A DNA stretch of 36,131 nucleotides from an uncultured Solirubrobacterales bacterium (GCA_965653255.1 CBFGZN010000001.1:1-36131); one strand, 5' to 3'. Shown: positions 17,327 to 25,406, counted from the first letter of the stretch. Notes: generated from the letters alone by a model not told the origin. A program made the numbers and translations.

Positions 17327-18208
17327 GTGGCGCCCGAGGTCGACGTCGACGGCCGGCGGCTGAAGCTGTCGAACCTCGACAAGGTCCTCTATCCCGAGCC
17401 CGGCTTCGCCAAGGGCCAGGTGATCGACTACTACACGCGCATCGCCCCCGCAGTGCTGCCGCATCTCCAGGGCCGGGCGCTGACGCTGAAGCGCTACCCC
17501 AACGGCGTCGACGGCAAGTACTTCTACGAGAAGCAGAAACCGTCGCACGCGCCCGAGTGGGTCCGCTCGGCGACGATCGAGACCGGCGACCGCGACATCG
17601 ACTTCGTCCTCTGCGACGACCTCCCTACGCTCGTCTGGCTCGCCAACCTCGCGGACTTGGAGCTGCATCCGTCGCTTGCGCTGGCGGAGAACCCGGACCG
17701 CCCGACGGTGCTCGCCTTCGACCTCGACCCCGGCGAGCCGGCCGCCCTCCCAGAGTGCCGCGAGGTCGCGCTACTGCTGCGCGACCTGCTCGCCGACCTC
17801 GGCCTCGAATGCCTCGCGAAGACCTCCGGCTCGAAGGGCATGCAGGTCTACGTCCCGCTCAACACGCCCATCACCTACGACGACACCAAGCCCTTCGCCC
17901 AGGCAATCGCCCAACTGCTCGAGAAGCAGCACCCGAAGCTCGTCACGTCGTCGATGAAGAAGAGCCTGCGCCCCGGCAAGGTCTTCATCGACTGGAGCCA
18001 GAACTCGCGCCACAAGACGACGGTCGCGGTCTACTCGTTGCGCGCTCGCGCGCAACCAACCGTCTCCACCCCGGTCACCTGGGACGAGATCGCAGACGAC
18101 AGCCAGGAGCTGGTCTTCGAGACCGACGCCTTGCTCGAGCGCGTCGACGAGCACGGCGACCTCTTCGCGCCGGCGATCGACCTGGAGCAGGAGCTGCCGT
18201 CTAGCTAA
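17327..18208 (+). CDS. stand-alone LigD polymerase/primase (NHEJ polymerase) domain protein
   Basis: GRRLKLSNLDKVLYPEPGFAKGQVIDYY and KTSGSKGMQVYVPL motifs typical of LigD-Pol. The GTG start immediately follows the ku stop. Confidence 0.85.
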   Translation: MAPEVDVDGRRLKLSNLDKVLYPEPGFAKGQVIDYYTRIAPAVLPHLQGRALTLKRYPNGVDGKYFYEKQKPSHAPEWVRSATIETGDRDIDFVLCDDLPTLVWLANLADLELHPSLALAENPDRPTVLAFDLDPGEPAALPECREVALLLRDLLADLGLECLAKTSGSKGMQVYVPLNTPITYDDTKPFAQAIAQLLEKQHPKLVTSSMKKSLRPGKVFIDWSQNSRHKTTVAVYSLRARAQPTVSTPVTWDEIADDSQELVFETDALLERVDEHGDLFAPAIDLEQELPSS

Positions 18209-18218
18209 GGTCAACTGA

Positions 18219-19301
18219 ATGGTCGACTGGTCGATTGCTAGGAGGGTGGCGGGCCTGGTCGCGCGGGCGGAGGACCGCGTGGTCGACCCGGGGCTCGACC
18301 TGGTCGCGCTCGGCACCGAGTTCGAGTCGCGGGTCAGCGACTACACCCGCCTCGTCCCCGTCAGCCCGATCCCAACTCCCGAGCTGGTCAGCCGCCACGG
18401 CTGGTCGGACGCGAACTTCGAGGCGATGGCCGAGCTGATGCAGCCGGTCGAAGCGCGGATGAACGAACGGTTCGAGAAGGCGGGCCGGCTCGCCGGACCG
18501 CTCCGCGCGGGCGCCGGCGCGGCGCTGGCGGTCGAGCTCGGGCTGGTGGTCGGCTACATGTCGCAGCGCGTGCTCGGCCAGTACGAGCTGTCGCTGATCG
18601 CCGGCACGGCCAACCCTCGGCTGTTGTTCGTGGGAACGAACCTGGTCGGCGCCGCGGCGACGCTGAACGTCGACCGCGATGCGTTCGTCCGCTGGGTGAC
18701 CGTTCACGAGCTGACCCACGCGATGCAGTTCGGCGGTGTGCCGTGGCTGCGCGACTACATGGGCGGCCTGCTGAAGGAGTACCTCGCGACCGTCGACGCC
18801 AAGCCCGAGCCGAGCAAGTCCAACGGTGGCCTGATTGGCCGCTTGCGCGGCATCGACCTCCCGGACCCCTCCGAGCTCGCCGAGCGCTTCCGCGACGGCG
18901 GTGTCGCCGCACTCGTTCAGACCGACGAGCAGCGTGACGTGATGGAGCGGATGCAGGCCGCGATGGCCGTCGTCGAGGGCCACGCCGAGCACGTGATGGA
19001 CGCGCTCGCTCCGGAGCTGGTTCCCCAGCACGAGGGTTTGCGCGCAGCGATGGACGCTCGGCGCCAGAGTCGCTCGGCGCCAGAGCGAGTGCTGCTGCGT
19101 CTGCTGGGCATGGAGATGAAGCTGCGCCAGTACAAGGTCGGCAAGGAGTTCTGCGACGCGGTGGTCGCCACCGCCGGAATCGATGGACTGAACCGAGTAT
19201 GGGTTGGACCCGAGGCTCTGCCGACACTCGCGGAGCTGGAGCATCCAGCCGATTGGCTGGCTCGCCAACCAGTAGATCCAGGCCGTCTCGCGACCGGTTG
19301 A
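18219..19301 (+). CDS. zinc-dependent metalloprotease (DUF2342-like)
   Basis: HExxH motif in VTVHELTHAMQF. 360 aa. The overall pattern recalls the actinobacterial DUF2342 hydrolase family. Confidence 0.65.
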   Translation: MVDWSIARRVAGLVARAEDRVVDPGLDLVALGTEFESRVSDYTRLVPVSPIPTPELVSRHGWSDANFEAMAELMQPVEARMNERFEKAGRLAGPLRAGAGAALAVELGLVVGYMSQRVLGQYELSLIAGTANPRLLFVGTNLVGAAATLNVDRDAFVRWVTVHELTHAMQFGGVPWLRDYMGGLLKEYLATVDAKPEPSKSNGGLIGRLRGIDLPDPSELAERFRDGGVAALVQTDEQRDVMERMQAAMAVVEGHAEHVMDALAPELVPQHEGLRAAMDARRQSRSAPERVLLRLLGMEMKLRQYKVGKEFCDAVVATAGIDGLNRVWVGPEALPTLAELEHPADWLARQPVDPGRLATG

Positions 19302-19335
19302 AACGGCCTCGGCATCCCCTTCCAAAGTGCCGAAT

Positions 19336-19351
19336 TTGGAGACGCCGTCTT
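19336..19351. promoter_or_regulatory. TTGGAGACG-c-CGTCTT palindromic motif upstream of double-TetR A
   Basis: AGACG/CGTCT inverted repeat 55-70 bp upstream of the ATG at 19406. Near-identical motif at 24068-24086. Confidence 0.45.
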
Positions 19352-19405
19352 ACCCTCGATCCCGCTCCTGAAGCGAACCGGTCAGACCAATAGAGTCCTC
19401 GCGCT

Positions 19406-20728
19406 ATGACCACCACGCCCTGGGGCGATGCGACCCAACTGCGTGCGCGGCGCTTGCGACCCGGCCCGGGCGCGGACCCTGTCGCGGTGACGCGCAATCA
19501 GCGCGAACGGATGTACGCGGCGATGGTCGCGGCCGTTTCCGAGAACAGCTACGAGGCGACGCGCGTCGCTGATGTCGTCAAGCTGTCCGGCGTCTCACGC
19601 AGCGCCTTCTACAAGCATTTCGACGACAAGCTCGACTGCTTCCTCGCCACGCTGGACGAGCTTGCCGTGCTTGCCTATCGGCGGCTGGCGGACGCATACG
19701 ACGAAGACCAGCCCTGGGAGGAGCGCCTGCGCAACGTCGCGGATGCGTTGCTCGATCTACTGCTCGAGCAAGCGGCGGCGGCCCGCTTCTGCCTGGTCGA
19801 AGTCTATGCCGCGGGCCCCGAGGCCGTGCAGCGGCTCGACAGCGCGATCTTCGCCGCCGAAGGCGCGGCCGCCGATGCGTTCGAGGAGTCCCCCGAGCGC
19901 GGGGGAATGCCACGCGACGTGGTTCGCGCGATCGTCGGCGGAATCCTCAAGACCGTCCACACGCGCCTGCGGCGTGGCCAAGAGGCCGAGTTGATCCACG
20001 AGCTGCCGCAGCTGATCGACTGGGCGCTGAGCTACCGCACTCCACCGGAGACGTTGCGCCGCCCTCGACGCCAGCCGGACCGCGGCGCGGCGCCGACGCC
20101 AGACGCATCCGCCCCCTATGAGCGGCTCGTCACAGCGATCACCGCGACGATCGCCGAGCGCGGGTATGCAGACACCACGATGGTCGAGATCGCCGACCGC
20201 GCCGCCTTCGAGCAGGGCCAGCCGGGCACGCGGGTGGTGGACCGCGCCGCCGCCTCGCTCAGCACCTTCTACGGCAACTTCGAGAACAAAGAAGCAGCAC
20301 TGCTCGCCGCGGTCGAACGCGAGCGCGAGCAGTCGTTGGCGACATTCAGGGCGGCCTACGAGGCCGAGCCCGAATGGCCACTCGCGCTGCGCGCCGGTAT
20401 CGACGCGCTGTTCGGTTTCCTCGCCGCCGAGCCCGCCGCGGCCAGCGTGGCGATCGTGGACGTCTTCACCGCCGGCCACGACGCGCTCGAGGCCGGCGAC
20501 CAGACGATCCAGGCATTCCAGATCTTCCTCGAGCCAGGCCACGAGCTGGCGGCCGATCGGCCGCCGCTCGTTGCCGAGGCAGTCGTCAACGCGACTTATG
20601 CGCTCGTCTATGGCCAGATCCGCCAGAACCGCGTTCAGCGGCTGCGTGAGCTGACTCCGACCGCCGCATTCGTCCAGCTCGCGCCTTTCGTCGGTGCGCC
20701 GGCCGCCTGCGCGGCGGCTAACTCCTAG
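19406..20728 (+). CDS. tandem-duplicated (two-module) TetR family regulator
   Basis: Two HTH-plus-ligand-domain modules in one 440-aa chain. HTH1 is ATRVADVVKLSGVSRSAFYKHF and HTH2 is TTMVEIADRAA...SLSTFYGNF. Paralogous to 22735-24045. Confidence 0.8.
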   Translation: MTTTPWGDATQLRARRLRPGPGADPVAVTRNQRERMYAAMVAAVSENSYEATRVADVVKLSGVSRSAFYKHFDDKLDCFLATLDELAVLAYRRLADAYDEDQPWEERLRNVADALLDLLLEQAAAARFCLVEVYAAGPEAVQRLDSAIFAAEGAAADAFEESPERGGMPRDVVRAIVGGILKTVHTRLRRGQEAELIHELPQLIDWALSYRTPPETLRRPRRQPDRGAAPTPDASAPYERLVTAITATIAERGYADTTMVEIADRAAFEQGQPGTRVVDRAAASLSTFYGNFENKEAALLAAVEREREQSLATFRAAYEAEPEWPLALRAGIDALFGFLAAEPAAASVAIVDVFTAGHDALEAGDQTIQAFQIFLEPGHELAADRPPLVAEAVVNATYALVYGQIRQNRVQRLRELTPTAAFVQLAPFVGAPAACAAANS

Positions 20729-20797
20729 CCTCGCCGAGGGCCACCTGGCTGGCTCGCCGGCCAACTTTCAGTATCGCCGTGTTCCTATCTTGTAAGA

Positions 20798-20814
20798 TGC
20801 TGTCTCTAACAGCA
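20798..20814. promoter_or_regulatory. inverted repeat TGCTGT-ctcta-ACAGCA upstream of TetR B
   Basis: 6-bp arms in the AT-richest part of the 108-bp spacer, 23 bp before the GTG at 20837. Confidence 0.35.
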
Positions 20815-20836
20815 CGCAGAGAGGCGAACCGGCCGG

Positions 20837-21475
20837 GTGGAGACTCGCAAGAGGCCCAGTATCAAGCTGACGGGAGGACCCCACGGGATACCGCGTGCGG
20901 TCGTCCACGAGGTACAGCGAGGCAGGCTGCTCGACGCGCTCGCCGAGGTGATCGCCGAGGAGGGCTACCTCGACACGACGGTCCACAAGATCCTCAAGCG
21001 CGCCGGGATCTCGCGGCGCACCTTCTACGAGATCTTCACCGACAAGGAGGACTGCTTCCTCGTCGCCTACCAGGAGGCGGCCGACCACATCCTCGTACTC
21101 GTCCAGCGCGCCTGCCGACTCGGCGGGACGCCGGAGATACGGATCGAGAACAGCCTGCGGGCGCTGCTCGAGTTCGTCGAGAGCGAGCCGAAGGTCGCCC
21201 GGATGCTCGTCGTCGAGGTGCTGGCCGCCGGCGAGAAGGCGCGCGTCCGGCGTGCCAAGACGATGGAGCGCCTGACCGCGCTAGGTGCGGACGCACTCCA
21301 AGAGCGGTATGAGAACCGCGACGAGGCACTCCTGCGCGCCCGTGTCCTGACAGGCGGAATCCACGAGCTCGTCTACGACGCGCTCGCGCGCGGGAAGGTC
21401 AAGGGAATATCCGAGCTCGCCGGCGAGGTCGTGTCATTCCATCTCGTCCCACCGGAGGTCGTCCATGGCGGTTAG
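20837..21475 (+). CDS. TetR family regulator
   Basis: TTVHKILKRAGISRRTFYEIFTDKEDCFL HTH. 212 aa. Confidence 0.85.
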   Translation: METRKRPSIKLTGGPHGIPRAVVHEVQRGRLLDALAEVIAEEGYLDTTVHKILKRAGISRRTFYEIFTDKEDCFLVAYQEAADHILVLVQRACRLGGTPEIRIENSLRALLEFVESEPKVARMLVVEVLAAGEKARVRRAKTMERLTALGADALQERYENRDEALLRARVLTGGIHELVYDALARGKVKGISELAGEVVSFHLVPPEVVHGG

Positions 21476-22154
21476 CGCCCCAAGCGCGGCCCCCCGCCGT
21501 AGCCGACGCCCCGATCAGCTGACCGGGGGACGTCATGGACTGACGGCCGAGGAGGTCCAAGCCTCGCAACGCGACCGGATCATGCGTGCCATGACCGAGG
21601 CCGTCGGCGAGCACGGCTATCACGGCGTTCGGATCGCCGACGTCGTCTGGCGCGCCGGTGTCTCGCGCAAGACCTTCTACGAGCTGTTCGGCGGCAAGGA
21701 CGACTGCTTCTGCGCGACCTACGGCGCCTGGGTCGACCGTCTTCTGGCCACGACGTTCGACGCGTTCGAGACGCAGACCGACTGGATCGACCAGTTGCGC
21801 GCCGCCCTCACCGCGCTCTTGGGCACGCTGGCGCGTGAGCCCGATGCCGCACGGATGTGCTTCAGCGAGGTGCTCGTCGCCGGCGGCGAGACACAGCGGC
21901 GGCGCGAGCAGACAGCGGCGGCAGTCGCCGAGCTGTTCCAGGCGCCCGCGATGCCCGACGGCCCACTCGGCGAGACGCTGCGCGCCGGACGTGTCAGCGA
22001 GCTCGGCGAGACACTGCGCCGTGAGATCGCGGCCGGCCGTACCGAGCGACTGCCGGAGTTGGTTCCCGAGTTGATGTGCGCGATGGTGTTGCCGTTCCTC
22101 GGGATGGACGTCGCGCAGCGCGAGTTGAACCGCGGCGTCGCGACCGCGGTATGA
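21465..22154 (+). CDS. TetR family regulator
   Basis: VRIADVVWRAGVSRKTFYELFGGKDDCF HTH. Overlaps the upstream gene by 11 bp. Confidence 0.85.
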   Translation: MAVSAPSAAPRRSRRPDQLTGGRHGLTAEEVQASQRDRIMRAMTEAVGEHGYHGVRIADVVWRAGVSRKTFYELFGGKDDCFCATYGAWVDRLLATTFDAFETQTDWIDQLRAALTALLGTLAREPDAARMCFSEVLVAGGETQRRREQTAAAVAELFQAPAMPDGPLGETLRAGRVSELGETLRREIAAGRTERLPELVPELMCAMVLPFLGMDVAQRELNRGVATAV

Positions 22155-22603
22155 CCACCGGGGGCACGGCGCCGCGCGGAGGCTCGTTTGCCGACGCGGC
22201 ATTTGCGGCGACGGCCACCGCCTACGCAGGCGCGCCCGGTGGCTGGGAGATCGCTATCCAATCAGCGATCGGCGGCCTGTTCGGCTTCCTCGCGGAGCGC
22301 CCCGACCAGACGACGGCATGCTTAGCCGCGGACTGCGGAGCAGGTCGTGACGCGCTCCGGCAACGCGACGAGACGATCGCCCGCTTCGTCGAGCTACTGC
22401 GCCCGGGCTTCGCCGCCTCGGCCGCACCGCCACCGCCGGTGGTTGCCGAGGCGATCGGCGGCGGGATCTACGAGCTAGTGCGCAGCCACGTGCTCGAGCG
22501 CCGCCTGGAGGATCTACCCGGTGCGGTCCCGAACGCCACGATCGTCGCCTTGTCGCCGTTCATGGGAATGGACGGCGCGCTCACGATCGTCGGCTCGGAC
22601 TAA
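22151..22603 (+). CDS. TetR-like C-terminal (effector) domain protein lacking an HTH
   Basis: 150 aa. Aligns by eye with the C-terminal modules of the neighbouring TetRs (W..A...I..LFGFLAE.P....VVAEAIGGGIYELV....LSPFMG). ATGA start/stop overlap with the upstream gene. Confidence 0.6.
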   Translation: MTTGGTAPRGGSFADAAFAATATAYAGAPGGWEIAIQSAIGGLFGFLAERPDQTTACLAADCGAGRDALRQRDETIARFVELLRPGFAASAAPPPPVVAEAIGGGIYELVRSHVLERRLEDLPGAVPNATIVALSPFMGMDGALTIVGSD

Positions 22604-22619
22604 ATGAACTGAACGCAAT

Positions 22620-22646
22620 GGGGCCGCGCCCCTCCTGCGCGGCCCC
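22620..22646. terminator. GC-rich hairpin between convergent genes
   Basis: GGGGCCGCGC-ccctcct-GCGCGGCCCC, a 10-bp perfect stem. No U-tract, which is common in high-GC actinobacteria. Confidence 0.5.
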
Positions 22647-22734
22647 ACCCCTCCAACTGCGTTCTCGGGAGCAGAACCCTCCGATGCCTCCGAGACGCGA
22701 GGAGCGTAACAGTGCGTACCTTTCGTGTCAACCG

Positions 22735-24045
22735 TTACAAAGTGGTCTGACCAATAGCCGCTGAGCCCGCATTCGCGAGCTTGGAAGCGCGCGTCGTGCC
22801 CATGAATGGGGCCAGCGTGATGAAGGCCGCGAGCGGCGCGACCTCATACAGTCGCTCGGCGCCTTGGTGGCGCAGAGACGAGTGGAGCAGCGCGTCCAGA
22901 GTCGCGCCGATCGCCTCCGCGGCGATCGGGTTGGTGTCGGGGAACTGGCGAAAGCCTTCATCGAGCAGCAGGCTGAACCGGCTCAGGCCCTGAGCGCGTA
23001 GGCCCATTCCCGCGGCGCCCGTCGCCCAGACGCGCAGGCCACCGAGCTGCGCCGTCAGCGGGTCTGTCGCGAGGAATGCGAAGAACGCGCACAGCCCAAC
23101 GCTGACCGAGGTCGCCCAGTCGGACGCCGTGCTCGCCTGCGTGACGGTCGCCTTGAAGAGACGCCGCTGCGCGTCGGCGAGCGTTGCGAGGAACGCGTCC
23201 TCCTTACCGTCGAAATGGACGTAAAAAGTGGTCAGCGATACCGCCGCGCGCGCCGCGATCTCGGTGATCGGCATCTCCGCGTAGCCCTTCTCGGCAACAA
23301 GCTCGACGACTGCCGCGAGGATCCGCTCGCGAGCGTCCCGCGGCTCGGGACGAAGCGGGATGAGCTGGGGTGGAATCTCGCGCGGGCGCCGCAACGGCTC
23401 CGGCGGCGTGTGGTAGCTCTGCATCCAGGCGAACAGCTCGGGCATCAACGCCGGAAGCTCGTCGAGCCGCTCTTCACGCACCCGTGCGTGAATGATCTTG
23501 CGAGCGCCGCCGGTCACCGCGCGAACGATCTCGCGCGGCATTCCGGCCCGCTCTGGCGAATCCTCGAGCGCACGACAGGTGATGTCCTCGAGCGCGCGAT
23601 CGAGGCGCTCGATCACCGCCACGGCCTCCGGACCTCCGGCGTAGACCTCCACCCACGCGACACGGGCCGTGGCCGGCTGAGCGACGAGCGCCGCGGCGGA
23701 GGCGTCGAGCATCGCCGCGAGCCTGCGGTCCCACGGTCCGGACGCTTCCTCGAAGCCCGCCAGAACGGCCGACTTCGCGAATTCCGTGATCCCCTCGAGC
23801 GTTGCCACGAAGCAATCGCGCTTGTTGGAGAAGTGCCTGTAGAAGGCGTTGCGCGAGACGCCCGCCACGAAGAGGATGTCCTCGACGCGAGTCGCGTCAT
23901 AGCCCCGCTCGGCGACCACCGCTACGGTTGCGCCCAGCAACCGCTCACGCTGCTGTTGATTGACCTCCTTCGGCCCCTTTCCCGGACCCGGTGGCAGCTT
24001 GCGCGATCGCAGAGACTCGGCTTCCCCCCAAGGCGTCATCGTCAT
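22735..24045 (-). CDS. tandem-duplicated (two-module) TetR family regulator
   Basis: 436 aa. HTH1 is ATRVEDILFVAGVSRNAFYRHF and HTH2 is MPITEIAARAAVSLTTFYVHF. Its N-terminus MTMTPWGEAESLRSRKLPPGPG parallels MTTTPWGDATQLRARRLRPGPG of 19406-20728. Confidence 0.8.
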   Translation of the reverse strand: MTMTPWGEAESLRSRKLPPGPGKGPKEVNQQQRERLLGATVAVVAERGYDATRVEDILFVAGVSRNAFYRHFSNKRDCFVATLEGITEFAKSAVLAGFEEASGPWDRRLAAMLDASAAALVAQPATARVAWVEVYAGGPEAVAVIERLDRALEDITCRALEDSPERAGMPREIVRAVTGGARKIIHARVREERLDELPALMPELFAWMQSYHTPPEPLRRPREIPPQLIPLRPEPRDARERILAAVVELVAEKGYAEMPITEIAARAAVSLTTFYVHFDGKEDAFLATLADAQRRLFKATVTQASTASDWATSVSVGLCAFFAFLATDPLTAQLGGLRVWATGAAGMGLRAQGLSRFSLLLDEGFRQFPDTNPIAAEAIGATLDALLHSSLRHQGAERLYEVAPLAAFITLAPFMGTTRASKLANAGSAAIGQTTL

Positions 24046-24067
24046 ATTGGCCGACGATAGCGACGCC

Positions 24068-24086
24068 TTGGAGACGATCCCGTCTT
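24068..24086. promoter_or_regulatory. TTGGAGACG-atcc-CGTCTT palindromic motif in the divergent TetR / R2-like spacer
   Basis: Same half-sites as 19336-19351, with a 4-nt instead of 1-nt spacer. It abuts or overlaps the predicted -35 region of the R2-like gene promoter. Confidence 0.45.
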
Positions 24087-24108
24087 CAGGACTAATCCAG
24101 TCTGCAAG

Positions 24109-24114
24109 TAGAAT
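24109..24114 (+). promoter_or_regulatory. candidate -10 (TAGAAT) for a leaderless or near-leaderless transcript
   Basis: The hexamer ends 8 nt before the ATG at 24123. No Shine-Dalgarno lies between them. Confidence 0.4.
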
Positions 24115-24122
24115 GGCCCCCG

Positions 24123-25406
24123 ATGGCCGTCACGCTGCCGACCACCCAAAGCCCGCTCGACAACATCACCTACGAGGACCTCTACCGGCGCTGGGAGAAC
24201 GGCAACTGGAAGGCGACCGCGATCGACTTCTCGCAGGACGCCGAGCAGTGGCAGACGGACTTCACCGAGTTCGACCGCAAGGCGGCGCTCTGGAACTACT
24301 CGCTGTTCTTCTGGGGCGAGGACGCCGTCGCCGACGGCCTCTCGCCCTACGTCGATGCCGCGCCGCTCGAGGAGCAGAAGTACTTCCTCACGACGCAGCA
24401 GGTCGACGAGGCGCGCCACGCGGTCTTCTTCAACCGCTTCATGAAGGAGGTCGTCGGGATCGGCGGCGACTCGATCGGCGACAGCCTCGCGATCGTCCAG
24501 CCGCAGCTCAGCTGGGGGTTCAGAAAGGTGTTCCGCCGGCTCGAGAAGATGTGCGACGAGTTGCGTAAGGACCCGTCGATTCCGCAGCTCGCGGCGGGCG
24601 TCGCGCTCTACCACGTGGTCATCGAGGCGACGCTCGCGCAGCCCGGCCAGCACTTCATCACCAGTTACCTCGAGGATCGTGAGCTGCTGCCCGGCTTCCG
24701 CGCAGGGATGGAGAACGTAGCGGCCGACGAGCAGCGCCACATCGGCTTCGGCGTCAAGCTGCTGCACGACCTGCGCAAGATGGACCCCGAGGTTCCCTAC
24801 GCGGTCGCCGACCTACTACGCGAGGTGATGCCCTGGACGATCAACGTGCTCGTCCCGCCGGGCTGGGACGAGCGCTACATCGAGACGTTCGGCTACACGA
24901 TCGAGGACCTTGGCGAGCAGGGAGCGGCCTCGCTCGAGACGAAGCTGCGCAGCGCCGGCATGCCGCTCGAGGAGCTGCCGGGACCGCCCGTGATGCCACT
25001 CGACGGCACGCCGCGCGAGCGAGCGGTCCGCGGCAAGGCGCTCTCCAAGGCCGGCTACCTCGGCGAGAAGACCGGCCCGCCGGCACGCGACCCGGAGCAC
25101 GTCCAGATGCTGTTCGAGTCGGTCGCCAACGGTCTCGACCTAGACGCCGCGCGCGCCCCGGGCTCGATCCAGTGGGACTTCGTCGACCACGAGCCGTGGC
25201 ACGTGGTCGTCGCCAACGGCGCGACCCACGCCGCCCGCGGACCCGCCGACAACCCGACCGTCCGCTTCGAAGTCGGCTTCGAGGACTGGGTCGACGTCGT
25301 CGCCGGCCGCCTCGACCCGCGCAGGCTGATGCTGCGCGGCAAGCTCCGCCCCCGCGGCGACCTGCGCTGGCTCTTCAAGAGCCGCAAGATGTTCCCGGCT
25401 GGCTAG
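24123..25406 (+). CDS. R2-like ferritin-fold di-metal carboxylate protein fused to a C-terminal SCP2 domain
   Basis: Metal ligands in order: FFWGEDAV, QVDEARHAVFF (ExxH), VIEATLAQ, ADEQRHIGF (ExxH). Phe sits at the position of the RNR radical Tyr. The last ~100 aa (FEDWVDVVAGRLDPRRLMLRGKLRPRGDLRWLFKSRKMF) look like SCP2. Confidence 0.75.
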   Translation: MAVTLPTTQSPLDNITYEDLYRRWENGNWKATAIDFSQDAEQWQTDFTEFDRKAALWNYSLFFWGEDAVADGLSPYVDAAPLEEQKYFLTTQQVDEARHAVFFNRFMKEVVGIGGDSIGDSLAIVQPQLSWGFRKVFRRLEKMCDELRKDPSIPQLAAGVALYHVVIEATLAQPGQHFITSYLEDRELLPGFRAGMENVAADEQRHIGFGVKLLHDLRKMDPEVPYAVADLLREVMPWTINVLVPPGWDERYIETFGYTIEDLGEQGAASLETKLRSAGMPLEELPGPPVMPLDGTPRERAVRGKALSKAGYLGEKTGPPARDPEHVQMLFESVANGLDLDAARAPGSIQWDFVDHEPWHVVVANGATHAARGPADNPTVRFEVGFEDWVDVVAGRLDPRRLMLRGKLRPRGDLRWLFKSRKMFPAG

